Positions 39,301 to 54,300 of a stretch of 58,996 nucleotides of DNA are shown in pieces. The number at the start of each line of letters is the position of its first letter. The first letter of the stretch is position 1. The DNA lies in the NCBI GenBank assembly GCA_002633005.1, contig NMRA01000201.1, positions 381,507 through 440,502 on the forward strand, given 5' to 3'. Under the pieces are notes generated by a model, which made no database searches, was not told the origin of the DNA, and saw only the letters and a list, made by a program, of their open reading frames with translations. Made by a program: the position numbers and the translations under genes. Source of the DNA: Phoronis australis. Taxonomy: Eukaryota; Animalia; Phoronida.

Positions 39301-42300
39301 GACAATTCTTTGCTCATTTGGTAAATTTTGAGAAACCACTGGATGGTCAAATCTACGTTAAAAGAAAAATTGGTAGCCACAGGTGTATACAGAGGTTGTT
39401 TTCATCTAACTACCATCTTATGAGAGGACAAACATTAACTAAATGTCACACAAGCCACACAGCAGAACAGTGGAAATGCTGAACATCTGCACACTTACCG
39501 CTTTGATTAAATCCAAACAAGGCCACAGGCAATACAGTTAAACATGGAAAAGACATGAAAAGTAACTCAGAACCAACCCTGACGAGCTTTGCAAATTAGA
39601 CTTTAGATGGCGCACACCATGAAGTAGCCCACTAACAGGCACCAGCTACAGATCTGGCACACGTTGCAAATCGAGAGACAAATTTGAAAATTTTACCCGT
39701 TGCCTGCAAAAATGACAACTGTAAACACCGTGGTAATAAAGATCTCCTAGTCAACATGTCAATTAAAAGGTAAAACAATGAAACTATGAAACAGAGGTTA
39801 AATCACAATGATCTTACCTTTGTAGGCAACACCCTTAGACAATTTATTTGGACTTATGGGCGAAACCACAGATCTGAAAATACATGATTGTGGCGAATTA
39901 AGGGGTATCAGCAGTTTGCCAAAAAGCAGCAACATAGAAATTGTTTTAGGACATTAAATAATCTACAAAGTAACTGAATGATGTTTTCACTTTCAAAAAA
40001 TGACTGATTATTCAATCTGAAAAATGTTGATTTTGTCAAATATTAGCAAGGACATCAAATTTCACAATGATGTCATACTAAATATAGTAATAAGTAAGTG
40101 ATTTAATTTGTGGTAAAATGCAAAATTCAAATTTATTAAAAAAAGAAACTGTCCTTTCAGTTTTAGTTAATTCAGCAACATAACAAAATCACAATCTAAT
40201 GAAATGCAGAAGGCAATTGTGGTCTTTGAATTGACATATGTGCTGTGAAAAGGTCAACTTGCATAATTCCTACATATTGCTATCTGATGAATAAAATTTA
40301 CTCCAGAGATCCCTAATGTATCTTAATTCATAACAAACAAAAGGGTGACAAAATAAAACAAAATTTACTCAGAATCAAAAAAATATTAATACAACTAGGT
40401 AAAGATTTCAGTAAATGATGCCGTCAAAACATAAAACTGACAACGTGGAAATAAAACAGTCCGTTTTCAAAAGGCTTTCAACGATGAAATTGGAGTTGGC
40501 TTTTCAGTAAACCAATCAAAAGTCACGTAAATCTCCCATTTTTGTCAGAACTGCCTCAGTTTAGGTTGTAGTTGAAAAACTTAATTCGGTAACCCTATTT
40601 GATTTGCAGGTTTGTAGGCAAAGAGACCAAATACTTTTATTTCACTTCTTAATATCAAGAAAATATTACTAGACACAACCTCTGCAGTATGAATGTGATG
40701 AGTGAATGTAGGTGCGAAACATGTAATACATAATGTAATAATGTATATTACGTGTTTGTACAAAATGCATATAATTAATAGCTATTAAAAAAATCAACTG
40801 TTACAATAAATAAAAACTCAGTCCAACCCACTTTGGGGTAGCTTCTGCTGACTGCACCATAAACCCAAAGGTGCATTTTTTCAATCATGATTTTCCTTTT
40901 ATAAGAGAATGCGGCACCCTGTGTGACAGAACATTTTTTTCTCACTAATTCATTGTCAGGTAATTGAGATGCGCTGTTTACCTTGACCTCTCCTCTTCGA
41001 GTTCAACAGTCTCAGCCCACTCATTCGTGTCGTCCGAAAAACTGGATGTTGGGACCACGGTTGCAGAATCGGGTCTAACTCGAAGTGCTCCTGAAATTGT
41101 CGTAAAAGCCCTGCTTTCATGTGTTCACAATAATCTTTATTAACAATTAATTCTTTTTTTAATTAATAATTTCTTAACTGCTAACTGTGGTTTATTTGAC
41201 TGGTACCAATTTGTAGTCTGCTCAAAAGAAAATTCATACATTCAAGAACGTATTACAAAAGCGACTATGAACTAGTACGTCATCCATCAACAAAATTTTG
41301 AATTAGACAGGATTCCGTTTTCAAATTGATAATTGGTCTCAAGTTTTTCCTTAGTCAAATCGGAAGCGATTTCAGGGTTTCCAAAGAACTGACAATCATG
41401 TCGTTACTTGTTGAGACCATGCAGGCTCTACAAGTTGGCGTTGTCATAGCAATGTTTAAATGAATAACGTAGTTTCAGTTCTCTGTAAACCCAGAAGTAA
41501 CAATTCATCTGATTCAGGAACAAGGTGAGACCAATTTTATAGCAGTAACTGGTCCAAATAAACCATTTGCACTAGAGAGGTTGTCAAGCAAAAGGAAATT
41601 ACCCGTTTCACTTTGACCATCAACATTGCTCAAGACAGATATACGCCTGTTGGAGAGTTTCTCTGTCTTCAACTTTGTAAAAGATGAGTCATCAACTTGC
41701 CACACAGCAGAATCTGTGAAGAAATAGGTAAGTGTAATTTTTGGGTATTGATATAGATTGAGGCAGTTTATCCATTTATAAGGCATGGTAAAAATTGATA
41801 GCAAATACTCTACACACAATTCTCTGGCTTTGAGAGAGCACAAATTAACTAATTTACCTATCGCCAGGATTTTGAGTGACGGCTCAACTGACTAGTCAGA
41901 ACGCAGCATTCTTGACATACCTTCGTTTCCAAGCCGCAAACTGACAAGCAACACATTGCCGGGTAAAACTTATTGTTTGTTTATCAACATTTCGCAAGGG
42001 GGTGGAGCTTGTGATGAGGTCAATTGTTTGAAACAATTTTAAAATAAAGCAGTCAATACAGGCAAAGTCAATGAAGGCAAAATGCAATGCCCCCCCCCCC
42101 CCTTTGCAGACTTCTTGTGAAGTAGGTCTGTCATAAGTGAATGATTCGAACATCCCACTGCACAAACAGAATACTTTATCTTCATCATTTACGTGACACA
42201 GCAACTTTCAAAAATGTTGCCCCTACATCAAAGATGGCCACCAAACACCAAGTCTGAAATTGTCGCTACATGTAGAAGACCAAAATATAATTTCAATCAG

Positions 42301-45300
42301 AAAAATATAATTTAAAGTAAGTTGCACTTCGCTCTCTTTAGCTGGATAAAGACAGAAAATCGAATTAAGCATTTAATCTCATAAAATTGATTTCATAAAT
42401 ATTTCCTACTGCGATAAGATTATATTCTCGTTACTAACAAAAAATAGAATCATGTCTTGGAACGGACTATCATGATGTCGATTTTATGAGACAAATTTAC
42501 AGCAAACACTGAGAAATAAAAATGATCAAATTCACAAGTGAAAAAAGAAAACCCTAATGCAACAATTACGTAAGCAACATCTGATTCAATAATCTTTCAT
42601 ACGAATACAAGTGAGATATTTCTTAATAGTTCATGAAAAATCCCGCATAAAATTGGTGGCTGACATTGGAGTTCCACTGTGACTCATATGTCCAATTACG
42701 GATGAATGCTTCATGAGTGAACCAGTATTGTTCATACCAGAATTATTAGCCTAAGTCTTCTTATAGGCACAGTGTAGCTTAGTATGTTTTCTGTAAAAAC
42801 AAAATCAAGTAGAGCCAATAAGTAAAGTATCCAACCTGTTGTGTTGCCACTGTCGAACTGCGATGGGTCAAAGCCTTGGATTTCATCAGACACACTTTCC
42901 TTTGACGACGGAACTGTCCTTTGTACACTAATATATCGGATGGAGTTCTTCTCTGAAATTTCTGACCTCCTGCTGTGGGCACTAGACTCACGACTAGATT
43001 TGGCGCTCGGAACATGACCTAAATTGTGTGAACGGGCTGGCTTATTGTTACCGGTACTGAGAAAGCTAATTGAAGTCACACCGTGAGATTTGACCTGATG
43101 GCTTGGTGAGTGAGTTCTTTGTAGGTGATCTGAAAACAAAATGGAGCTTGTTGAAAACTACGGTTCCGTATATCATCACCAATTTCGGTCAAAAATAATT
43201 GATGAAAGTAACCTATCGTCATATTCTAGAGGCTCATCGCATTGTTGTGATTGCCAACAATATCTCAAAACATATGTCCGAAGGTAACTATGGTGTAAAA
43301 TCTGAAAATGACAAATTAGCAATTTTTGGTCCTAGTTCTTGTTGAAGAAAAAAAATGAGAACTAAAATTTCGCTCGTTTGCCATTCTGTATGATCCTACA
43401 TTCTTGAGTTTTACCTAAGAAACCAAGCAACGTTGGCATGGCTAAAACAGTCCTGAGTAAGAACAAAGTTAATACTATCTGATCCACTAACTTCCCTTGC
43501 ATAACACTTTGTCTTTACCATTACAGGAGAAGTGAAAGTAAGAAATCAATATAGAACCAAACCCAGTTTTGGCCTATATTAAAAATGACTTGCACACCCC
43601 GTTCTTTGAAACAAAACAATGCTCTGTAACTCGTAATATTCCTCAAAAGTTTAGAGCAAAAATTGAAAAATCCTTTACAAAGTCTGGTAAATGGCAAAGC
43701 GTGACCTACGCTTTGAGATGACTTACACAACAACTTAAGGGAAAGACCACCCACAAAGATCCAGATCAGTTTTCAGTTGAATCCTGCTTCTATCACTCAA
43801 GTGGAGTGCCAATGACCCATTAGTAGGTTACAAAACAAAGATTGTTAGAAATTGCCAAAACAGGATTTAATATCCTTTTTAGTGATAGAGAATCACTTCA
43901 TCAGTAAAAACAGAAATCCACATAAAATCAACCAATCAATTTCCAAAAAGGCTGAATTTTTTATCAAAAATTTTACATCTGAGAAGAGAACAAAGTGAAC
44001 TGAACATATCAACAGGAGTTTGGGCACTCGAAGTAAGGCAAATTTCCCCCTATTTTATTAGCACACAACATGGCAAGCAAGTGGAATTTTATTAAAATGC
44101 CAAATTTTTTTTTTAAAAGTGAAAATCAATCTCAGAATAAGCAGCACGCGCAGCTGTTAAAAGAACGCCCGGTGAAACAAATTATTTCCCCTTAATGAGA
44201 ATTCAGCCTTTAAAAAGCAAAATAAACAATGTGGCAATTATTTTCTTGAAAATATATAAATAATTACAACATTTGCCACAAACAGGAAGGTGTACCTTTA
44301 ACACATAATCAGCATACTTAACAGTTATTATTAATTATCAGCAATTGCACAACCTCCCCATTTAGCAGACTGAGATAAAATAAAAACACCATTCGCTTTA
44401 CACTAATGGAAGAACTTGAAAACTTCTCATTTTAACCTTCATTAACGATAGCTGTGGAAACTGGACTTGGTCGTCCTAGATAATTTGTTGACTTTAGGTT
44501 TGCTGTCAAAGAGTCAGCACTCAACACAGGTCTTCGCTTTGCACTTGTTGGCGGATTTTCCTTGTGACTGAAACCAAGAGTAATAAAAATAAATTTGTAC
44601 GGAGTCATGAACAATTTGAGACTGATTTTGAAGAGCTAAGTGACCTATTTTTGATGGTTTTTTAAACAGTTAAAGTTGCAGGGCCTGAAATTTGTTTGAT
44701 AAAGGTGGCTAAAATTCAAATTGTATTAATGTATCGAAATGGATCACGATATCTGATCCATGTACAAATATCCCCCAAAAGCGTGCATCGCTTACATTCT
44801 CTAACAATAAAGGTGAAAACATGTAATCTAAAAGATTGCCAAACTCCAGTCCAGCAACCTTAAAAAATTGTAAACTAATGCAGCAAGTAGTTCTGCCAAT
44901 CATTTCAGCACCAATCTTTGGTGCAAATTAGCATCGAAATTAAACATCTAATTCTTAATAAGAAATACACACATTTAACTTGAGTAAGAAAAAGGTTCAG
45001 AAGGTAATTAAATAGAACTAAAAATATACACACAATTAACAATTTACGGACTTCATATCAAGGTTGAATAACTTTCTAAGAAGCATAGTTAGGAAGAAAA
45101 GTTATTTTTTTAAGATCAGTCCCAGCCATGAATCAAACCAGGAACCCCTGTGATCACAGCCTCTGCTGCAGAGTTAAATCCCATTCCATAAATGACAAGT
45201 GTAATTTAAGTGCAAGTGGACTGAAATTCCTTGGTCAATTTGAGCAAATAAAAGAGCATGGTGTTCATTATTCAAACGTAACCAAGTTTTGTACAGCTTG

Positions 45301-48300
45301 GAAGCTAAAAGTCGTACGATATGGGTGTTCAAAAAGGCACAAAACCTTTCAAAGAAATAATTGTCATGTAAATTAGGGGTAGGCGGTAAGCAGAATGTGA
45401 GAAATTAATAAGTGGCAATTTTTTGGAATTTTAGAAAGGTGGGCATTGAGCTTAGCATGGGCGTTAGCCAGGACCAGTATGGTGTATATGGGGTTCTACA
45501 ACTACTCCTAATACAGGTAAATTTCTACAAATATGCTGATTTTCTGACTGACCCAGATGCAGCCCTAGACAGAGAGTCTTCAATGGTATTGCAGCGTTCC
45601 TCAAGTGCATCGAGTTCATCCTGCAGATCTTGCAATTCTTCAATGTTGATCTGACTCGGAGTTATTGCACCGTCCGGAAGTTTTGCACGGGAACTGGAAA
45701 CACAGAACACAGAAGTTCGAATGCTTGAACACTTGTGAGGTCACATTGTACTATTAGCTAATCAGTGACTTTTCAATTTTAAGATTTTTAAAAAATATCA
45801 CACAACTCCTTGGACAAAAATATATCCATCAAATTCATTACCGAGGCTGATTCTGGGGACCCAATTCGACCAATAATCACTTTGTAGGCTTGAACTTCAA
45901 GCATGCGCGATATGTTGTTCACTTTTGCAAGTGAAACACAGCAGACAGAAACCAGCCTTCCAACATATATTTTCCGGCTTTCCTTGCAATTTGTCGTGCA
46001 AAGGTTTTCAAAGAAACTTTAGAATGTTCTACCTTCACAGACATTATGAAAATTAATACACTCAGTAAGTGAACTATCCTCTGTTCTATTCACATGACCT
46101 TCACAAGAACACGCAGTCCCAAATTAAAGAAATCTATCATTAAAAAGCGTCAGTTTCAAAAAAACGATTCATTGTCTGTTTTTGTTGTCACTATTGAAAC
46201 CCTTGACAACTGCCCTTGTTTTCATGGCTAATTAACATAATTTAGTAAAAATAATGTCTGTGGTGTGTTGAAGAGACTGAATTTGGTTGGTTGTTTTCGG
46301 CTGAGGCATTTTAGATAAAACGGTATGGGGAAGAAGAGATTTGTAAGCATCGCAACTGCATCTGGTAACATTTTGATTTGCAGTTTAGGCAAACTTGTGT
46401 TCCAAGAGTTTCCACTTGTATCGTAGTGTCCATATAATACCAATCAGTATTTTACAGACAGACAGTCTTGAGAAACATCAATTTGTAAATTGAAAATGGT
46501 AAAACAAAATGCAGTGCTAATAAATGAACAAAATGGCAAAGAGGAACTTTGAATTAGACAAAAAAAAATGCCAACGGGGTCTCTGCAGGCAAAAATGACC
46601 TTACCTGGATCGGGACTTGAGATCTTTGAGGTAGAAGTCATAGTCAGCCCCAGGCTGGGAGTGAATGTCAATAGGCAGCTCATCAAGTCCACGGAGGAAA
46701 TGTAGGACACAGTGGGGGTCGGAACTACTGCTGACATCACCACCAACACACTGGAGAAAATAAAGCAGTACCCAGGCTAGTGTAAGTGTGTACTAGATGA
46801 TAATGGTACTGCCATAGGTGGCATATGATGTTTCACGTAGTGCTGCTGTTGAAAATATGGCAGCATCCAGCATTCAAACTCATTGAACGCTTCCGCATGT
46901 AAATTGGTTTAAGATTTAAGTACATAGCGTTAGTTTTGACATTAAGCTCACTCGATTTATATCAGTTCTTCAGTATTGGGTAGGGGTATACATGTACTCT
47001 TGAGTTACCAATTAGTATTATTTGTTTTCTAGATCATCATTATTCTTTGTCACTTGACGTGACTTACACAGAATAAAGGCTAATTAACAGACTTTGACGA
47101 AATATATCTAGAGTTTATAGGGAATGCCCAGATGCAGAAAACCTAGTGAAAAATATACAGTGGATTATGAAATATTTTGAAAATGAATCAGTTTACCCCA
47201 ACATTTAGCTGAATTTTGATTACTAGATTTGTGTCATTTTTTACCCTATTATGTGCACTTGACAAAAACATTGATTTATGTCCACTTTAAGTGTATTACC
47301 GTAACTTTAAGCCCTGCACCATTTAAGTTTCCAAAAGATTTGGAGCGACACCCATTGGCTATATCTGAAACAACTCTTCTGACAGCAGGAAACATCCAAG
47401 CCAAAGTTGTTGTGTGGCCAATTTATTGGAAAAGTACTTGTGTCATAGTACTATAGACAATGAGCCAGAGGAGTCCATTCACTGCTGTTAGGTGGCATAA
47501 CAATGAGTTAAGTTGTTAAGAAGGGACAATCAATGGGAAAAACATGATCCTAGGTAATCGAGAGGCAACCAAACATGTAATTATAGATTAATCAATATAC
47601 CTTTTGGTTTCACCTGCACAGAGTTACATTGACGCAATCCTAGCAGTAGACATCTACTCTAATGAAGAAAATTCACCTCAGGTTCCAGTTTTCCCTAACG
47701 TATTACAGCTTTTAAACAAATGAAAAACATGGAAATGGAATTACCATTGGGTGTTTAATAATTGTTACCGTAATCAATTCTCCATTGTAGAACGATTAGA
47801 TTATGAGTGTCACACCCATTAAGATTAAAATATTTGGCTAATAACGTAAGCCTAGCGCAAGCTAAATTGTGTTTAAGCAGTGAAAACATAAGCATGTTTT
47901 TCATGCAGCATAAGAAACTCGTCTCTTTCACAGCACCTTGTACTTTGTCAGTTGATTGATTTGTACAAGAACTGTTATCTTCGTTTATCAGAAATGATGA
48001 TCTATTTAAGGCCCTTTGCTGTGGAGTACAGGAATTATCGCATCAACCGGGCCTTCACGGTAACACGGGCTAAAATGAATTGATATATACTGTACAAGAC
48101 AAAAATAATCAAAGTACTGAATCTTCATCATGATGGCTAACAGCAAATATAACTGGTAATAATTATTATCATTGTGGGGAAAATTGTAATACTTTTCCGA
48201 TAATTTCCCTTCACTCTGGGTCATGAGGGAAATCAATCTGGCGAATTTGCCTTAAATCTGTCCAACCTTGCGTTCCATAAGGAAAGAGCTTTGTGAGATT

Positions 48301-51300
48301 GTGCTATGCAACGACGCGCTGGGGGACAGATCTTTTGTTTCTCATGCTGCATCGCCACCAAAACCAAGCTGGAAAGCAGGTCGTTCTTTAGCGTTCGTAG
48401 AAAGTGCTTCGAAGCACTTTCCTTATTCAATAAAAGGCGGACATCATGATGAAATTTTTGGGTCATTTTGTCTCAGTACTTTAGCCTGTACTATAACATG
48501 GACTTCTTAAATTAAATTTCTCATAACAGGTGGTTCTAGATCAGGATCATATTTACTTAAACAAGAAACTAAATTAACCAATATCGCCAATTTCGGAGAA
48601 AATAATTATAGCCAAAAAGGCCCGCTTTTCTTTCTTCCAGCATAACTTAATCATACATGGTAAAAAAATACATAAACTTTGTGTCACGGTAACCAAGGTA
48701 CAAAACTTGAACATGGATATCATTTAACATTGTTAACAGGCATTTTTCATGGAAACATTATACATGTACAACAGAGCACCTACCTAAAATATCACTTATT
48801 TGGGGCAAATTATGACGGAAAAGTTAGATTTCAGTTCCCTGATCTCCAATCCATTGACTTTATTTCTATTTGGTTTTGTTATACATTTGAGCCATTGTTG
48901 ACCAGTGGCCTGCCAATCATCATGGTGCTGGACAAAAGACTGTTGACTGCTTTAATTGGACTAGATTCCTGTTGATATCATTTGACTTGGATTTTGAAAC
49001 CACTGTAGTCCAGAGTTGAAACCGAACAGGTTTTGACAAGTTTGAATAACCAGGTGAATAAAAAATGATAACTCAACCACAATCAAAGCAGTTTTAAAAA
49101 CAAACTGTAATTCATCACACAGTTAATGTAAGTTTAGCTACCAGCAAGTGGTTATTTGAGATGTGTCCATGACCCACCTGTCCACCCCTACTTGTCATAA
49201 CAGTGTGGAATCGTCCACACACTTTCTCTTCATTGTGTCACACAGAACACCACTGTTAGGGTGTAAGTCTATACCTTTGTGTCACAAAAACACTTATTCT
49301 TCCTCTACATAATAACCCAGTATTTGCTACAGTTACAATGTTCAATTCACCTAGTGATCAATGCTTTATGACTGTCTTGTTCAAGATCCCTTTCTAAACA
49401 GTTGCATTGGACTGAATGTTTCTTTAATATCATAGCAAATTCTTACTAGTGTGTGAAGAATAAATAAAAACAGCTAATATACACAGTTGTCAGTGTACTC
49501 AGCAATTGTTCTCAAATGAGTTATGTTGTCTGTAAAGAGGAGTCTGGTAAAAGCCAGACTGTACAGGCACTACAGCTCAAATGGTTGTTAGTCCCCTCAA
49601 TACTGTAACTAAGGGATTTCATGGGATTTGCTCAAAATGCAAACAAGGTAATCTCCAGATTTAAATAATCTTAGAAATCAAAACAAGTTGTCAGTGTTGA
49701 TCAGGGGCTTGAGACAGAGCATTCTACCTTATCATGGACTTATTATTTAGTTACTAAATTATATTTTATAGGCTGAAGTCTATGACCTCATATGAATAAT
49801 TTAACAAATTCACCTAGCTAGGGGTTTGTGAACATTTGTAGATCTTGTCACTGTGAGACAACGAAAGCCTCTTTCACTTGACTCAATTTCAACAAATGGA
49901 ATGCCATACCGCCAGAGAGATGAAAAGCTCTTTCACAACACTCAATTTCAAAATATCCAATGCCATAGTGCAGAGTTGCCACAGACCGAAATGTAATTCA
50001 TCCACAAACATTCTCATGTGGTGAATTGATTAGTGTCCCACTGCACGACAGAGGCATGATGGTTACAGAAAATTGAAAATTTATCGATTCAAAAAGAAAC
50101 AATGGGCAATCTCGCTACATAAAATCCCCATACAGGAGGGGGGGGGGGGGGCNTCTACGATATCGCTATCAAGCGTATTTCATTTTGTTGGCAAAAAAGC
50201 TATTGAATATTTCCAGTCTACTACTGCTGTTGCCTTGTGTTTCAAATCCCTCTCCACAACATACCATAATTTATTGACAAACTTGCATTTCACTATCGTT
50301 CAAACATTAATGAATACTTAATGTGACAAATTAAATCATTTTTATGCAGCTTAGTGCTTGGTTACAGAAACATGATACCTAAATATTGGGAGGTTATACC
50401 CTAGGGTAAATAAACGTTTATTTTATGAGCAACAAAGGCATTAATTTCCTTGGCCAGTCAGACAATTGACCTTTTCAGTTGAACAATGCACATGAAGTCA
50501 TTGTTATTTTCACCAGGAATATATGGCAATTCAAATTTAAACTATCCTCAGCTATCCTCCCAATATACAGCAGTTCACCAGTCAATCACAGGACTGAGAT
50601 ACTAATGGAAACTGTCCACTTTTCACTAAATATTCCGCAGGTACTTCCATTTTAGAAGAGGTACCACTCAAATAGCAAGTTGCCTCATACAGGATGCGTT
50701 TCCCACAATATTCTCTTCTGAAATGGCATTTCACATTTATAAACAAGCTCACTTTGTGAATTACAACTCTTGACACCAGTGATGGCCAACACCAGGTAAA
50801 TCAGTGAAGAATCAGCAGAAGCTGACGACACAACCATTATCAAACTGAAAAGCTATTGACAAAGTTGACTCGTCTCCACCAAAGATAAAACTGCCTTCTT
50901 TATCACCACACACATTTTCGAAATGTAGTTATCATGCGCCTTCCTAAATCTGAACTTTGAGGAGGCATGAAATTGAAGGGTTGATAAACATGATAATAGA
51001 CAGGTAAGGCTGTAGGGACTTGACACCGCGAATATAGAAATCTAAAAACTTTGTTCACAATACCGGTAATGTATCAAATCTCTTTTTTATTTGTGCATTA
51101 CAAAATGCCACTCACAGAAATCTCTTTTCAAGTGTATCTCAGTGTTCAATTTCTGAATTTCAATGCAATTTTTCAAACGTCAAGCCAAGATTATTCAGCA
51201 TTTACCCTTAGGCATTTACCATTAGCGACTTTCATTCAATCAATGTCAGGATCTGTCATGTCGATAATATTTCAATTCATTACAACATTTGCAGCTCACA

Positions 51301-54300
51301 ATAGATATTATCAATATTCGTCTTTCTTGATGTCTTGTGGCAACNGATCGCTGTCAAGCGTATTTCATTATGTTGGCAAAAAAGCTATTGAATATTTCCA
51401 GTCTACTACTGCTGTTGCCTTGTGTTTCAAATGCCTCTCCACAACTACCATAATTTATTGACAAACTTGCATTTCACTACCGTTAAAACATAAATGAATA
51501 CTTAATGTGACAAATTAAATCATTTTTATGCAGCTTAGTGCTTGGTTACAGAAACATGATACCTAAATATTGGGAGGTTATACCCTGGGGTAAATAAAAT
51601 GTTTATTTTATGAGCAACAAAGGCATCAATTTCCTTGGCCACTCAGACAATTGACCTTTTCAGTTGAACAATGCACATGAAGTCATTGTTATTTTCACCA
51701 GGAATAGAGGGCAATTCAAATTTAAACTATCCTCAGCTATCCTCCCAATATACAGCAGTTCACCAGTCAATCACAGGACTGATACTAATGGAAACTGTCC
51801 ACTTTTCAGTAAATATTCCGCAGGTACTTCCATTTTAGAAGAGGTACCACTCAAATAGCAAGTTGCCTCATACAGGGTGGTTTTCCACAATATTCTCTTC
51901 TGAAATGGCATTTCACATAAACAGGCTCACTTTGTGAATTACAACTCTTGACACCAGTGATGGCCAACACCAGGTAAATTAGTGAAGAATCAGCAGAAGC
52001 TGACGACACAACCATTATCAAACTGAAAAGCTATTGACAAAGTTGACTCGTCTCCACCAAAGATAAAATTGCCTTCTTTATCACCACACACATTTTCGAA
52101 ATGTAGTTATCATGCGCCTTCCTAAATTTGAACTTTGAGGAGGCATGAAATTGAAGGGTTGATAAACATGATAATAGACAGGTAAGGCTGTAGGGACTTG
52201 ACACGGCAAAATTTGTTCACAATACCGGTAATGTATCAAATCTCTTTTTTATTTGTGCATTACAAAATGCCACTCACAGAAATCTCTTTCCAAGTGTATC
52301 TCAGTGTTCAATTTCTGAATTTCAATGCAATTTTTCAAATGTCAAGCCAAGATTATTCAGCATTTACCCTTAGGCATTTACCATTAGCGACTTTCATTCA
52401 ATCAATGTCAGGATCTGTCATGTCGATAATATTTCAATTCATTACAACATTTGCAGCTCACAATAGATATTATCAATATTCGTCTTTCTTGATGTCTTGT
52501 GGCAACAAAATGCACAGTTCAGAAAACCATACACAATTTTCCGACAAAAACCCTTGAAGCTTGATGAAAAGTATTGAACTGATAAGATTTCACACCCAGT
52601 TAAAACGTTCATCAGACAGGTCCCTTCTGCTTAGACACATTATTAACTGTCAGCTCATTATACTATAATCCAACTATGATAAGATTTCAGTCACCCGACG
52701 ACGTTTTATTAGTCTCCATTTAAAGCAGAACACGAAAGTCTATAGCATGTCATTGCAGCCAAGTGTGAGCTTTGTTGCCAAGGTAATTCTAACACAGTCA
52801 TGGAGATGAAGGTGAACCTACCATATCTAAAAGTGTAGTGCCTTGAAAATGATGGATGTTCAATAACTAATGACAAGACAGGCTTTGGCTTGAGCAAGTA
52901 AATGATTTTTACATGGTATCAGCAAGCACACCAGGACCTAGTTGCATAGAAATTCAGGTTTTGTAGGACCTTAGAAAAATGTACAGGTATGGTTAATTTC
53001 TGAACATCATACCTCACACATAGTTGATTGGATTCATATGAGACTAATAGTGACAATTACTTTCAGAAACATGTACGTGTACCGTGCTTCCTGCACTCCT
53101 CTCAATATGTTAGGGATAACTTTTAAAATGCCCCACGTGTGCACGAGGGGCTATCGAAAAGGACTTTCATGACGAAAAAATTCTTAACTTAGATAAAACA
53201 AAATTATATTTTAGAAAGCTATAAGATCATTTTTGAGATCTCACATTGACACTTTTATTGATCAAATAAAATTTGATCATGTTATTATTACCGTTCTTTT
53301 GTTATCAATGTAACCTTTGTTTTCGCTACATTTTAATAAAAAGCCATGGTCACACAACCCATTTAATGACAGATTGGTAAAAAGTCAAAACTCAACCTCT
53401 ATAGGCTTTCTACTTTCAGAACATGTACATTTTTACTGAGTTAAAACAGCTATGTATATGGCTGAATACACAGACCTGTCAGTGAGGACCTGTGTAACCT
53501 TGAACAATGGATAAAAACAGCGTCAGTGTCAGTATGGAGTCATCACATTCCACTTTAAGAATTTTGAACAATCCACTTAATGGCAGACAACAATCAGACT
53601 TTTCGAGTTTTATGCATCCCAACCTTGTGTACAAAGCTCAGTTGAACCCCAGAGTGGATTAGAAAATCATACGCGCAAGGATCCTATGTTTCAAGCCGTA
53701 TTTCGAGGCAGTTTAGCTTTCAATGTTTTAATTGAGGCACTTTGGGATTTAAAAACAAAATAGAGCTCATTCGATCTTGAAGTGTTTCCGAATTCGTCAG
53801 CAATTCAAAACACAGGCAATGCATACACGCACCATTTTCGAGTCCACAATTTAAGGATTGGCCAACACCAATAAATTTTGAAGCATTTCGGTTCCCATGT
53901 TCTAGTTGCTAACGGGAATGGAATCTTATCATGGACTGGTATGGAACGTTATGAGACCAATTTTTGTAAAAAGAGAATTTGATTTCCGTTGTTTGGCAAG
54001 CTAAACAGGGTAAAAGACAGCTTTAAACACAAAATTTGCCACTTTCAAGTAAAATGTGGTCCCGTGGCGTGTGTCAACAGATAATTAGAAATGCATGATT
54101 TCAAAGTTTTTTAGTTTCATTATTTATAAACAAGCACTGCCCAATTTAAACATATTCATAAATTTTATGTAATCAGGTCTTAAACTTGTTTTTTGCTACC
54201 TGGGAGAGCATTGACCAATTATGTAAACACAATGGGCACCTTTGAACACCAATTTTCAAAAAGGTAATCGAGCTTCAACATTGTCATCTCTCACTGTGAA

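Noticed and set aside
39578-39703. ag/gt-bounded candidate exon in the KIAA2012-like gene
   Set aside because: Stops in all three frames, and it is not needed for phase continuity
51051-52557. Duplicated 136-aa and 119-aa ORFs
   Set aside because: AT-rich intronic chance ORFs inside the duplicated segment; no recognisable domain
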